Below are positions 49,951 through 62,229 of a stretch of 64,000 nt of DNA, piece by piece. The notes under the pieces were generated by a model. That model was given only the letters and a program-made list of their open reading frames with translations, was not told the origin of the DNA and did no database searches. The position numbers and the translations under genes are program-made. Location: NCBI GenBank assembly GCA_036172245.1, contig JAYWIR010000009.1, forward strand, positions 3,224,001 through 3,288,000, read 5' to 3'. The stretch is from Raillietiella orientalis (lineage: Eukaryota). Numbering within the stretch: the first letter of the stretch is position 1; every line of letters starts with the position of its first letter.

Positions 49951-52249
49951 GTCTCCACCCTCGTCCCGGCCGCCGCCGCTCTCCCGCGCGGTCGGGGCGA
50001 GCAGCGGGGGTCGCGCAGGAACTCGAGGGAAGACCGGGCGATCCCGGAAGAAGGGTCCGCCCGCTCCTGCGCCTGCGCCGCGGGCGGGGACGGGCGGGCA
50101 GGACTCCATTCCCGGGCGCACGCGTTCCCCGTTTCCCCGGCCGCCACCCGGCTCGCGCCCACCGCGCGTCCGCTTCGTCGCCCACCACGGCCGCTGCCGC
50201 CGGCCCGGCGCGTTTTGTTTTCCCTCCGCTGTCTCCACTTTCAAAAGAGCGGAGATCCCGGACGCCATTATCCAAGAGTCCCTCCTCGTCCTCGATGGAT
50301 GTTCCTGGGTTTCCTTTTTTTTTTCTCTCTCTCTCCCTCTCCTCTTCCCTTTCCTTCCTTCCTCTTTCCCTCCTTTTTTCCCGTTTTTCTTTCTTTCTTT
50401 TTGTGCGTGCGTGCGCGTGCGTGCGGGCGTTTTTCCTGCTTTTTCCCCGACATCGAAAAGGAAGAGGAAAAAAAAAAAAAAAAAAAAAAAAGGAAGAAAC
50501 GGAGCGCGCGCAGGGAATGGGCAGTCGAAGCGGCGCATCCAGGGCACTCCGGGACCCACTCCCGTTTGTTTGATCCTCGAATTTCTGCGCCATTAAGCAG
50601 AGGCGAACGGCGGCGGCAGACGGTCCGATGGAGCCGTCAGGAGTGCTCGGAGTCCCTTTGTAGCGCCTACCCATTCATCCCGCCGGGCGCGTCCCCCTCC
50701 TCCCTTCCTCCTCCTCCTCCTCCTTCCCCCTCCGCGCCGGCGAGCGGGAAAAGCGCCGGCGGGGCAGGGCGAGGAGGCGCGAGGGAAGCCGGAGCGTGGG
50801 CGGAACCTCCTCCTCAGGAAGGCGCCCGGGGACCTCCCGTTGCTCCCGCGCGCTCAACCGAAATCCCAGGCGATCCGTGGAGTTCCTCCCCTCCCCCCCG
50901 CGCCTTCCCTCAGTCCCCCTGCCTCCTCCCCTGAGGTGGGGAGAGCACCGAATTCGGCGATCGCGTGCCCTGGCGTCGCGCCCACAGGAAGAAGCGGGGC
51001 CACCACCAATCTCTCTCACGCACGCATGCGCGCGGCAGGCGTTTCTCGCCCCCACCCCCTTCCCACCCGCGTCGCAGGCCGCGACCTGCAGGCATCGCGC
51101 GCCTCGCGTGCCCGCCTGCCCCCGGCCAACTGCCTGAGCGAGTGGTTCAAAAAGACGGGAAGGGAAAGTGGCGACGGAAGTCTCCCACCGCCGGAATTCC
51201 AGCGCCGCTCCCTCGCGCGCCTCTTCCGCGACGGCGGGGGCCGCTGGCTGCGTTTGTCGGGAGCTGTCAGAGGAAGGCCGGGATGAACGATCGGCCACCG
51301 CTGCATCTGGAGCAGACGCACAAAAGCACCGCGAGCGCTCCCCCTTTTGTCTTGCGCCGCTTCCCCGGTTCGGGAAGCGGAGTGGAGAGGTGCATCTGCT
51401 CCCGGGAACGCAGGGTGGGGTGAGGCGGGGGAGGGAAGACGTGGATTGTGGGCGAACGGGAGGCCGCGAGGTCTCTCTGCGGAATATCCGCTCGGCGTGG
51501 CTTCCCGTGGACCTTCCGCTACCTCGTGCTCGGTGGAGGCGACAAAATCCTCCCCGCCTTTTCCGTCTTTCCGCGCTCTGACCTATTCCTCCCCCTCATA
51601 TTCTTCCTTTCCTTCCTCCCTCTCCCTCTTGCTCCTCTTCCCTTCCTCCCCCTTTCCTCTTCTTCCTTCCTTCCACCCTTCCTGCTCCTGCTCTTTTTCC
51701 CCACCTTCCCTTCCTTTTCCCCTCCTCCCTGCGCGCATACCCTACCTCCCCGCCCAATTGACCAACCGGCAGGAGCAGATAGGTTCTTCACGTGCGAAAC
51801 TGGGGACGGTCCGTAGGGATCATCCCGGGTCCGACCACCTGCTTAATGAATTCGATGATTGCTGCGCCGAAGGGCGGACCCTCAATTAAAGACCTCTCTT
51901 GGGCGGATCCCTGCGTGCCTCGGCTCAGGAAGTCACCTGGACGTGCGGCAAGGGGACGGCAAGGGGAGGGGCAGGTTCCTGCAGCGAGGAGGTCGCCCTC
52001 CCGACGCGATCGCGCGCGCTCGCAGGCGAGCCGAGAGGGTGTCCATCCTTCAGGAGGAGGTAGGCTAGAGCGCTCTCTCCAGCTGATCCCTCCCCGTGGT
52101 CGGAGGGATGGGGCAGGTCCGATCCCGTTGCATCCGAGGTGGAGCACAGGGACGAGGATGGCGGCGGTCCCTTTCAGGGAGCTCGGAAGCTGCTGCGACC
52201 GACCGCCCTGCGGTCCTTCGTCGCCACCTGCAGAGAAGAAGAGGAGCCA

Positions 52250-52620
52250 AGTCTCCCTCAGTCTACTCCGGGGCGAGGGCAAGGCTCACCGCCTTCCTTG
52301 CCCTGGGTGAAGGTCCCGCCGAACAGAGTCGCCACCTGCATTGCGGCCTCCTCCCGCCAGAAGAGCTGACCCCTCTGTTGCTGCCCGGAGTGGGCTTGGA
52401 GGTTGACGCGGTGCCCGCCCACTGCCTGAGCCACTTCCGGTCTCCCGAAGCTCTGCTGGCCACCCTGTCGGAGCGGCGGAGAGGGCAGCCTCTCAGCGTG
52501 TTCTGGCAACTCGGGGGCTCTGCCGCTCCTCCTCGAAGGGCCCGTCCGCCGCTGCGGTCGGCAGCATCCCTCCTCACCTGTTGCCAAGGCACCGCCCGCT
52601 CTCCCTCCAGCCAGGCGCCA
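52250..52620 (+). mobile_element. Possible ORF2 C-terminal zinc-finger remnant
   Basis: 'RHLHCGLLPPEELTPLLLP' (cf. C..CG...E...HLL..C). Confidence 0.25.
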
Positions 52621-54499
52621 CCTCGGGAGCGAAAGAAGCCTCCTGCAAGGCTTTTTGGTGGGTAGCGGCCTTTCCGCTGCCCTTCTCCGCGTTCCTACCT
52701 GTCCGCCGCCACCGCCATCTCCTTCTCCGCGATCATCCTGCATCCCTCATCCTCCCCTCCCCTTTCCTCCCGATCCCCGGGTCTTTCGGAAGCACAGAGG
52801 CGGCGTCTCGTGGAACGCGGTAACCAGGGAAGAGGAGCGCGGCATGAGCGTCTGCTCACGCCGGCGCTCGCGGGAGCAACAGCCCTCCGCGCCTGCACCC
52901 AAATTAAACGGAGGTCGCCGCGGCTGCGCGCACCCCCGCCCTCTCCCCACCAAACGCCAACGGTCCATATATCTCCTCCCGGGTTCCTGAGACCCGAACG
53001 ATCCGCTTCCTAGGCGATCCGCCCACCAAAACGGTCCTCCTGCGCTTCCCGCTTTCGCGTTCCCCCGGCCGCCTGAGGAGACCCCTCGCCCAATGAGCGA
53101 AAACAACCAGGAGCGGAACACCCCTCGGCATCACGAAACGTCTCCACGGAACACGGAGGCAGTGTACGAACGCGGGGGCAACCCCGTGGGCGACGGACTG
53201 ACCCGCCTAATTAGCCGACAGGGCCGGCAATAAAATCATTCTGCTCCGAGACAGATCACCGCTTCATGGTCCATTCGCGCGAAATTAACTGCTGAGCTTT
53301 CGCGGAGGAAGCGGATCGGCCCCGCGGTTCTCACGCCACCTCTCGCACGCGCACTTGCTACCGGGAGGGGGCGCGCGTGCTCTCGCGAGCCCGTGGGCAC
53401 CGCCGGCCCGCCTTGGCAGGAACCGCCCAAACACCGGCGTCTCTTATGCGCAGTATCGCACCTTTGGCAGGACCCGGGCTTGCCTCTCTTTCTCCAAGCA
53501 CCCCCACTCCCTCCTCCCCCCTTCTTTTTCCACTTCCCATCCCTCTACTCTTCCCTTTCTCTTCTTCCTCGTCTTCCTCTTCCCTTTCTCATCCTTCCTT
53601 CCTCTCCCCGATTTCTTATCCCCTTTGTCTTTCTCCAGCTCTGCGGGGCGGGAGTGGGCGCACGCGCAGAGCCGCGTGGCCCTGTCTCGCGAAGGGATGC
53701 CGTAAAGAGGGAAAGGTAGGACGGTCGCGCCGTGCCCCCTGCTTGCTCTCCCTCCTCCCTCAGGACCTCAGGCGGCGATGTCTGGCTAGCCGGTTCCCTG
53801 AGCATAAAGGAGCAGCGGCCGACGGGCGCGGAGGGGACAGGGACGGATAGAAGCCCCAAGGGGGCTGCTAATCAAAAACATATTTTTTATTCATGTTTCT
53901 TTCTTTCTTCCCCTGCCTTTGCCGGTCCTCTCCCGATTGAAGCACTTGTCCCCGTGATGAATCCCTCATTTGGCGCCCAGGTAACGCGACCCCGCTTTCC
54001 CCCCAATCAGCCTCTTTTTGATGGCCGCCGTAGGGACGGCCGCTCCCCTGCCACGCCCCGACGCCCGGCGCTCCTAACTGCCCACAATGATCTTCTCCCC
54101 CGCTTTCTCCGGGAGCGGCGCTCCTCCACAGGGTCCGGCTGACGAGGGTCCCGGAAGCGGGCAGAACCGTCTGCGCCCCAGGCAAAAAGACCGCTCCGCC
54201 CGTGGAACCCCGGCGTCGGTTCGCTCTGAATCCACCATCTCGGCTGCCTCCTCTCCTCTCTCCCCATTCCCTTTTTTCTTCTGCTTTTCCCGGCCCCCTC
54301 CGCCTCCACCCGCATGACCACCAGCCGCTCTTCTTCCGCCGCGAACTGCCGCGCGGCATCTGGACGCCCAGTCCACGAGAGGCCGCTTTCCCGGAAGGCG
54401 TTCCGCCGCCGCCCACTTCGCCCTCTATGCTGCTGCGAGCCCCAACAGCATCCCGGCCCACCCTCCCATGCCCTTCGCGCCCCGATCGAATGGCCGGGA

Positions 54500-55280
54500 G
54501 GAAATTCCGGTTCCCAGAGGTCTCCCTGAACGTCGCGCCAGGCTGACCGGGGACGTCCACTCTAACACACAACGCACGCGCGGGAGTCGCCTGTCGCGGC
54601 AGGACGGGGACCCTCCGGGCGCCTCTCCGCGTGGATTGCACGCGGCGGCGGATCGCGCAGTGCGCTCCTGGACCCCTCCACAAAGAGCGATCCGCGCCCT
54701 TTGCTTCAGGAGCGCCTCGTGGCTAGGGAGTCCCTCCTGGAGCTCCCGCGCGAATCCGGAAAAGCTGTTCAAGGTCGCCGTACCACTTCCTTCGTCTGCC
54801 ACCCTTCCCCATCAGCGTGGCCTCGCTGCGACCCTTTGGGGAGGCTTGAATCACCCGATGCTCCCGGTAGGTCAGGCGGGAGCGCCGGATCTCGCCGCAG
54901 GTCATTTTCCGCCTCAGAAGATCGACTTGACCCTTCAGCTTCGTGATTTCCGACCAGACACCGCGTACCAGGAGATGCCACCATGACGGCAACCGCCTGG
55001 GCGAGCGGTCACACGGAGAAGTGCAGCCAGAACCCAGTGTCCACTCCTCCAAAGCCGCAGGTCAGTTTCTCAAGGGTCAAGGTACGCCGAGCTCCATAAC
55101 TCGATTTCCTCTTCCGATTACTGGGTTCAGACGGAGGCTGCACCCCGCCCCGAAGGAAGACTCCGGACTGCAGGCGGGACTTTCCCAACCGCCGCCCTCG
55201 TGGTCCTGCACGAAACGTTACTAAACGCATCCCGGGACTCTCTTCACGAGCAGGAGCGCCTCTTTTTTCCACTCCCTCAA
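54500..55280 (-). mobile_element. Decayed LINE APE-end/linker fragment
   Basis: 'VTF...KSRLQSGVF' (cf. TF...SRLD), 'LEKLTCG' (cf. WKLN), 'PSWWHLL..WSEITKLK' and 'KGGRRRKWYGDLEQLF'. Confidence 0.45.
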
Positions 55281-55384
55281 CGGACCCTCATTTCTCGAGC
55301 TGCAGAATCCCGGAGATCTCACAGTAATCCCTCTTGCTGACACGGCAATTCCTTTGAAAGCAAAACAGCATGTCACTTCTCCCT

Positions 55385-56900
55385 TCCTCCTCCCTTCTTC
55401 CTCTCTTCCTGCCTCCACCTCTTCTCTTCCTCTTCCTCCTTCTCCTTGCCCCCTCCACCTTCCATCCCCTTCCTCCTCTTCCTCCCTATCCTTCCTTCCT
55501 TCCTCTTCTCTTCCCTCTTTCCTCCCTCCCTTCCTCATCCTGCTCCTCCTTCCTTCTTTCTCCTTCTTCCTCCTCCTTTTCCCTGTCCTTCCTTCTCCTT
55601 TCTGCTCCTCTCTTCTTCCTAACCTCCTTGCTTCACTTTTTCTTCCTCCTCCTTTCCTTCCCTTTGCTCCGTTCCTCCTCCGCCCTCCCTCCCTTGCCCC
55701 TCAGCGTCACCATCACCATCAACTGGCGCCACCGCCACCGCTGATCCTGACCGGGGGAACGACGACGCTCGTTCGGAGCGACGGCAGAAGACACGGGGGC
55801 CTCGTCCGGTGAAGCGAGCGGTCGGAGAGACGATGGCGGGGCAGGAACGACGTCGACCTGCCCTCCAGCCCTGGATGCAGGTGGGGCGGGAGTTCCGAGC
55901 GCTCTCGCGCTGCCGGCACCCGAGAGAGCCCCCGGTGCTCCCGGCCAGACTCGTGCTGGGTGAGAAGGGCGCGTGCCGGTTGCTACGGGCAGCGCGATGG
56001 GCCCGCGGTGGCGACCGCGCAGGTGGGAACCCTGCGAGCGGCGCGCGAAGACGATGCGCCCGCCGAAGCGACGGGGTCGCACGGGTGGACGTAGCGCACG
56101 GTGTCCCAGAGCCGTCCCTGCTCTCCGACGGGGTGGCGGGGAAGGGGTGGGGGTGGGGGGGACGGGAGAGGAAGGGTCTGCCCAGAGCTCCGTCGGCGCA
56201 CGTCTCGGTGGCAGGAGCGAGCCCTGACACGTCCCGGAGATGCCTGCCCGAGGTTCGGACGCGAAGGAGGCGATCCTTCCTGCTGATTTCGGCCTCCGTC
56301 GCTCCTGGCGCCCACACCGACCGGCCTTCGATCGCCGCCGCCAGCGCGGATACTCGTCATCCTGCTGCTCCTTCCAGGGAGCGCCGGAGGACGGGAGCAC
56401 CGCGCGCCCCCAGTCGGCCCTGACTGGCTGCGGCAGGCGGGAGGTCGCGCTGGAGGATCCCGACCTCCATAGGTGGCGCGGTCCTGCCGCCCGCGGCGAC
56501 CGCCGCCTCTCAACAGGCAACGCGCCGCCGAATCGACTGGGCCACGACACGCCCTGAGCCGGTTCCTGTGGTCCCCTCCTTCGCGTCCGAACCTCGGGCA
56601 GGCATCTCCGGAACGTGTCAGGACTCGCTCCTGCCACCGAGACGTGCGCCGACGGAGCTCTGGGCAGACCCTTCCTCTCCCGTCCCCCCCACCCTTCCCC
56701 GCCAGACCATCGGAGGGCAGGGACGGCTCTGGGACACCGTGCGCTGCGCCAGCGGGAGGCCGATTCCACCGCCGTAGCGTTCCTTACCGCAGCGCCAGTC
56801 CCGCCCGCCAAAGTGGGTCCGACGGAGGCACTCCCTGGAGCGCTCGAGCGAGCCGGGACTCCCCGCCCCATCCAGCAGTGTTCGAGGGCAGGTCGAGGTA
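55385..56900. repeat. Left arm of a 1,516-bp near-perfect inverted duplication
   Basis: Reverse complement of 60434-61949. All paired coordinates sum to 117334 (e.g. ORFs 55619-56317 / 61017-61715), so there are no indels. The only difference seen is 56821 vs 60513. Confidence 0.98.
56093..56745. repeat. Nested inverted repeat within the left arm (56093-56270 vs 56575-56745), Tx1-like thumb segment
   Basis: Long exact reverse-complement blocks with few differences. The peptide 'ELWADPSSPVPPTLPRQTIGGQGRLWD' resembles the thumb 'FFW....V...L.....GGQGL.D'. Mirrored at 60589-60759 / 61064-61241. Confidence 0.95.
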
Positions 56901-57139
56901 GTCTGCCACGATGGGGATGCCTCGTGGTGTTCCACGGCGCAAGGCTCACGGTGTGTCAGTACTCGTCCCTCTCTGTTTCAAGTCGAAGGAAAGGCGGGTA
57001 GGAAAAAAAGGGATTCCTCTGTCCTGTGGGAAGTGAGATCCTGTACTTGGGTTCCTTCCAGGAATTCCTACTGAAAAGTATAAGGGGACCCGGGCGGGAA
57101 GTACCTTTCCCCTCCTATGGTGGCCACGAGTGCCCTTCC

Positions 57140-58132
57140 TGGGACTGGAGGAACGAGGTCGTTGGGTGCTCTCGCAAGGATGGCGTCACGGAGGGAGCAC
57201 GCGCACGCTGCGCCCTTTGCGACAGTCTTCCCGCTCATCGGCCGCACCTCCTCGCAGAAGAATGAGGTCTCTCCAGCTGTCTTCCGGCTTTCTGCAGTCA
57301 TCTTCTAACGCAACTTGTCTGCCGAAACCTCCCGAGGCCCTCGGGCTACAGAGGGCCTCCTCGCAAACCTGAGGGTCGCTGCCAAAGAGGGAGTGGGTCA
57401 TGAGGAACTTGTTCGCCAGATGAAGCCGGCGTTACGCTTGGTGCACCCTGGAGAGCAACGGCCTGTTCATGGGCGGTGGAGAGCCGCAGGTGGTCATCGG
57501 TGACACAGGAACTGGTGAAGGAGGGCGGTGTGACCTTGCGTGTCGACTGCTCGCGATGGCTCGGACAGTTCTTGGCCAGTAAAATTCTACGGGCCGATAT
57601 GTTAAGGGGTTCCAGTCCTCAGGTGTGGGCGGGCCCGACGCGAAGTCGTTTCCTAGGCTCCTGCAACCACTCGCTTCAGCAGACGAGACTCCCTGCTGCC
57701 CTTCGTCTCCAAACGAGCGCCAACTGTCCGGACGCAATCAGCGGCGGTGGTGACGGAGATCGATGGCGATGGCGATGGCGATGACGGTGATGGTGAGGAA
57801 GGGAGGGCGGAAGACAGGAGGAAAAGTAAAGGAGGTGGAAGAGGGGGAAGGGATAAGGAAAAGGGGTGGAGGAGGAAATGCTGGAGGAAATGCTTCGCCT
57901 GTCGCCCCTCCGCACCCTGTCTCTTGCAGCCAAGTTGCACCACAGAATGCCTGCAGAAAGCCGGAAGGCAGCTGGAGAGATCTCCTTCTTCTGCGGGGAG
58001 GCGCAACCAATGAGCGGGAAGGCTGTATGTCGTCCGAGGGCCTCGGGAGGTTTCAGCAGACCCCAGAGTGCACGTACTCTCTCCGCGACGCCATCCTTGC
58101 GAGCGCGCTCTACGACCTCGTTCCTCCAGCTC
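57140..58132. repeat. Imperfect inverted repeat in the spacer (57140-57345 vs 57925-58132), LINE thumb segment
   Basis: Shared blocks 'ctggaggaacgaggtcgt', 'ctcgcaaggatggcgtc' and 'tctctccagctg(t/c)cttccggctttctgcag'. The + strand peptide 'EISFFCGEAQPMSGKAVCRPRASGGFSRP' is thumb-like. Confidence 0.9.
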
Positions 58133-58150
58133 CAGGGTGGGCGCACGTGG

Positions 58151-58900
58151 TCACCGCGGGCGGAGGAGGGAGGGTTCCCGTTCAGGTGTCGCCGGGCTGC
58201 TCCCTTCGGGGTGAAGATTCCGACATTGCCGTCTCAGTAGCTCGGACGAGTGGAGGTCACCCGAGGGTGTCCGTGGTGGGCGCGAAGGTCGAGCGAGCGC
58301 TCCAAGGACTGCAGACCCCCACGGGGAAAATCCAGGAGTTGCGCGTCCTCCTTCCGGGCGCCCACGACCCGAATGGACGCTGCTACGCGCCTTCCGGAGG
58401 GCGCACAGAGAGGCGGCGAGCGAGCAGACGGAGGACTCCGCTTCGGGGGCGACGAAGTGGCTGCAAGTGCTCTTCGAGGTGCGCGGATGGCGCCTCGAGG
58501 CCTCCAGTGACCACATGGGGATCTTCCCTCTCGAAGGCGAGCTCGTCAGACAGCCCGCTGGCTCAGGGGCGTGGTGTTCTGGACCGTCCGTACTTTCGCG
58601 GCATGTGGCACGTTTGTTGCGCCGGGAGCCAGCGGTGAGGCTCGAAGCAGCTCCCGGGAAGTCCGCAGGAAGGTTGGAGGGGCAATCTCGAAGGGCACTC
58701 GCCTCCGCCGCGCCCATGCCTGAGGCGTGCGGGAGGGAGGAGAGATGGAAGGAACGCCCAAGGATCGAGACTGGCCGGAGACGCCGGTAGCCTCCTGGCT
58801 GGAGCTCCGCGGGAGGTGGGGTGCAGGTGGACGGGCGTCGGTTCCCGGGACGGCCACGGTCTCCTCCGGGGGACTCGGGCGGCGGGAGGCGCTCCCGCGA
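58151..58900 (-). mobile_element. Decayed LINE RT core fragment
   Basis: In one frame: 'YRRLRPVSILG' (RPISIL), 'ADFPGAAS' (GF.PGRS) and 'GRGRPEGGRATPGFSP' (RG.RQG.PLSP); then 'SY*DGNVGIF' (cf. YADD..IF) in an adjacent frame. Confidence 0.55.
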
Positions 58901-60433
58901 CCTCGGTCGTAAATCAGCCTGAGGGGAGGGGGGGGAGAGGTCCCCAGACGGGAACGCGCGGGAGAAGCCGGGAGGACGCGGGAATCGAACGCGCCGATTT
59001 TTCATCGCGCTGTCACTTTTATTGTCGGGTGATCCGTGCATCCGAAATCGCGTCCCGTTGCCCTGGCGACGAGGAACAATGCTGCCGCCGGCCGCCCGCC
59101 GCCGTCGCCGTGGAAAGGCGCGAAAGAAAAGCGGCCGAGTTAAACCAACAATCGGCCTCTCGTCCTCCGAGGCTCTCGATGCCGTATCTTTCGCCCATCG
59201 GCCCCGTCCCTTCCCCCCCCTCCCCCCCTCCTGCAGGAGAAAGGAAGGAAAGAGGGGGGAGAGGGAGGGGAAGGAAAAAAAAAAAAAAAAAAACGTCATT
59301 AATTCCTCGTCTCGATTTGCATGATATTAATGAGAAAGAGATCGGGAGCGTTCCTGAGCCGAGCTCCGTATCTGGCGCCGGCCGCCGGCCGCGGGACCCG
59401 CAGGCCACCCCATTGTGCCCTTCGATTGTCGCCCTAAGCCCCCTTTTAACTCCCTCCTTCCGACAAATGAATTCCGGCGTGTTTTTTTTTCCTGCTTCCT
59501 CCTCCTTCCCAGGGAAGATTTTTTAATCCCGTCACAATGCGCCCCGAGTGCCGCGCGCCCAACTGCCGGCCCCGTCCCGCCGCCGCTGCCTGCGCGGTGA
59601 CGGTTCGCGAGCCAGCAGAAAAAGCCGGAGGGAACTCCAGGAAGAAGGGTGTCCAGGAAGAAGACGACCAGCAAGAAAGGAGCCAGGAAAAGGAGGATCA
59701 GGAAGAAAGGGTGCAGGAAACAGGGGATGCAGTCTCTTGCGGGCCTCTCACGGCAACGGGGGATCGGCGGCCAGCCGCACGTGGAAACCTCGAAGTCCTG
59801 AAGGATCCCTTCCGGCGGAGCGGATGCTCAGCAACATTCCAGAGTGACCTCAACTCGGAAAGGGGAGGAGGGAACCTTCAACCCACCACGGTCAGCGCTG
59901 CATCACTGCGCGTTTTCGGGTCGGCCACCTTCCGGTCGGCTGCAGCAGCAACAGAAGCAGCAGCCGTCCATCGGGAAAAGAGTGTGGCGCTGCGCGGCTC
60001 GCCCTGCCCGGCCCCTAGGACCACGGGCGGAGCGAGCGAGGGTGGCTCAGCCGCTCAGACGACCTACGCGCGAGGGTGGAAGGAGGCGCTTCGTGGGCAC
60101 CTTGCCACCGTAGGGAGCGGCGCACCCGTGCCGGGCAGGCGCCTCTCGCGGACTCCCGTAGGATAACGCCAACCGCCCGGCCAGCAGTCTCGGGCTAGCC
60201 GGAGGGAGCAGCTCTGACGGGAGGGGAAAGGGGAGGCTCCAGCCGCTTGGATGTGCAGAGTGGCAGTGGGGGCGGAGCGCGTGGGCAAAAACGAATGGGA
60301 TTGCCCGGTTTCCCTCCTGCCCGCCTCCTCGCCGTCTTCATCTCGGGACAACAGGCGCTCGCTAAAGAACAACGAAAGAGCGGGGTCTCGTCCGGCGAGA
60401 CCAAGGGTGTAGAAGGACTTGGAGGGACAAAAA

Positions 60434-61949
60434 TACCTCGACCTGCCCTCGAACACTGCTGGATGGGGCGGGGAGTCCCGGCTCGCTCGAGCGCTCCAGG
60501 GAGTGCCTCCGTTGGACCCACTTTGGCGGGCGGGACTGGCGCTGCGGTAAGGAACGCTACGGCGGTGGAATCGGCCTCCCGCTGGCGCAGCGCACGGTGT
60601 CCCAGAGCCGTCCCTGCCCTCCGATGGTCTGGCGGGGAAGGGTGGGGGGGACGGGAGAGGAAGGGTCTGCCCAGAGCTCCGTCGGCGCACGTCTCGGTGG
60701 CAGGAGCGAGTCCTGACACGTTCCGGAGATGCCTGCCCGAGGTTCGGACGCGAAGGAGGGGACCACAGGAACCGGCTCAGGGCGTGTCGTGGCCCAGTCG
60801 ATTCGGCGGCGCGTTGCCTGTTGAGAGGCGGCGGTCGCCGCGGGCGGCAGGACCGCGCCACCTATGGAGGTCGGGATCCTCCAGCGCGACCTCCCGCCTG
60901 CCGCAGCCAGTCAGGGCCGACTGGGGGCGCGCGGTGCTCCCGTCCTCCGGCGCTCCCTGGAAGGAGCAGCAGGATGACGAGTATCCGCGCTGGCGGCGGC
61001 GATCGAAGGCCGGTCGGTGTGGGCGCCAGGAGCGACGGAGGCCGAAATCAGCAGGAAGGATCGCCTCCTTCGCGTCCGAACCTCGGGCAGGCATCTCCGG
61101 GACGTGTCAGGGCTCGCTCCTGCCACCGAGACGTGCGCCGACGGAGCTCTGGGCAGACCCTTCCTCTCCCGTCCCCCCCACCCCCACCCCTTCCCCGCCA
61201 CCCCGTCGGAGAGCAGGGACGGCTCTGGGACACCGTGCGCTACGTCCACCCGTGCGACCCCGTCGCTTCGGCGGGCGCATCGTCTTCGCGCGCCGCTCGC
61301 AGGGTTCCCACCTGCGCGGTCGCCACCGCGGGCCCATCGCGCTGCCCGTAGCAACCGGCACGCGCCCTTCTCACCCAGCACGAGTCTGGCCGGGAGCACC
61401 GGGGGCTCTCTCGGGTGCCGGCAGCGCGAGAGCGCTCGGAACTCCCGCCCCACCTGCATCCAGGGCTGGAGGGCAGGTCGACGTCGTTCCTGCCCCGCCA
61501 TCGTCTCTCCGACCGCTCGCTTCACCGGACGAGGCCCCCGTGTCTTCTGCCGTCGCTCCGAACGAGCGTCGTCGTTCCCCCGGTCAGGATCAGCGGTGGC
61601 GGTGGCGCCAGTTGATGGTGATGGTGACGCTGAGGGGCAAGGGAGGGAGGGCGGAGGAGGAACGGAGCAAAGGGAAGGAAAGGAGGAGGAAGAAAAAGTG
61701 AAGCAAGGAGGTTAGGAAGAAGAGAGGAGCAGAAAGGAGAAGGAAGGACAGGGAAAAGGAGGAGGAAGAAGGAGAAAGAAGGAAGGAGGAGCAGGATGAG
61801 GAAGGGAGGGAGGAAAGAGGGAAGAGAAGAGGAAGGAAGGAAGGATAGGGAGGAAGAGGAGGAAGGGGATGGAAGGTGGAGGGGGCAAGGAGAAGGAGGA
61901 AGAGGAAGAGAAGAGGTGGAGGCAGGAAGAGAGGAAGAAGGGAGGAGGA
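60434..61949. repeat. Right arm of the 1,516-bp near-perfect inverted duplication
   Basis: Reverse complement of 55385-56900, including the roughly 300-bp purine tract. Confidence 0.98.
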
Positions 61950-62229
61950 GGGGAATTGGAAATATTGGGCAGTTTGATTCGACTGCACGCATCTCTTGCG
62001 GCCGAGTTGCCGTTGCGGTTCGCAGCGGCTCTCCGCCGGGGTCCACCTCTGCGCTCTTCTTGTCCAAAAGCAGCTCACCGTCGCCATGGGATCGGATTCT
62101 CCTCCGCTGGAGCTGCGCCACCGGCCATTTCCCGACGGCTTCTCATTCCGGAGACGGACCTTCGTGGGGAGTTGAGATCGAGTGCGGGAGTCTCGCGCGA
62201 CCTCGCTTCCGAGTGGATCGCCTGCGGTA

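Noticed and set aside
49327..50934. 410-aa and 372-aa ORFs with poly-Phe/poly-Lys
   Set aside because: They read through homopolymer and low-complexity tracts, so they are compositional artefacts.
60247..61701. 484-aa ORF (and its mirror 55633-56949, 438 aa) as a real gene
   Set aside because: Arg/Gly/Pro/Ala-rich translation of very GC-rich repeat sequence that runs through an internal inversion and into a purine tract. No domain.
55375..61960. Autonomous TIR DNA transposon or composite transposon
   Set aside because: No target-site duplication, no transposase in the spacer, and the arms are LINE-derived.
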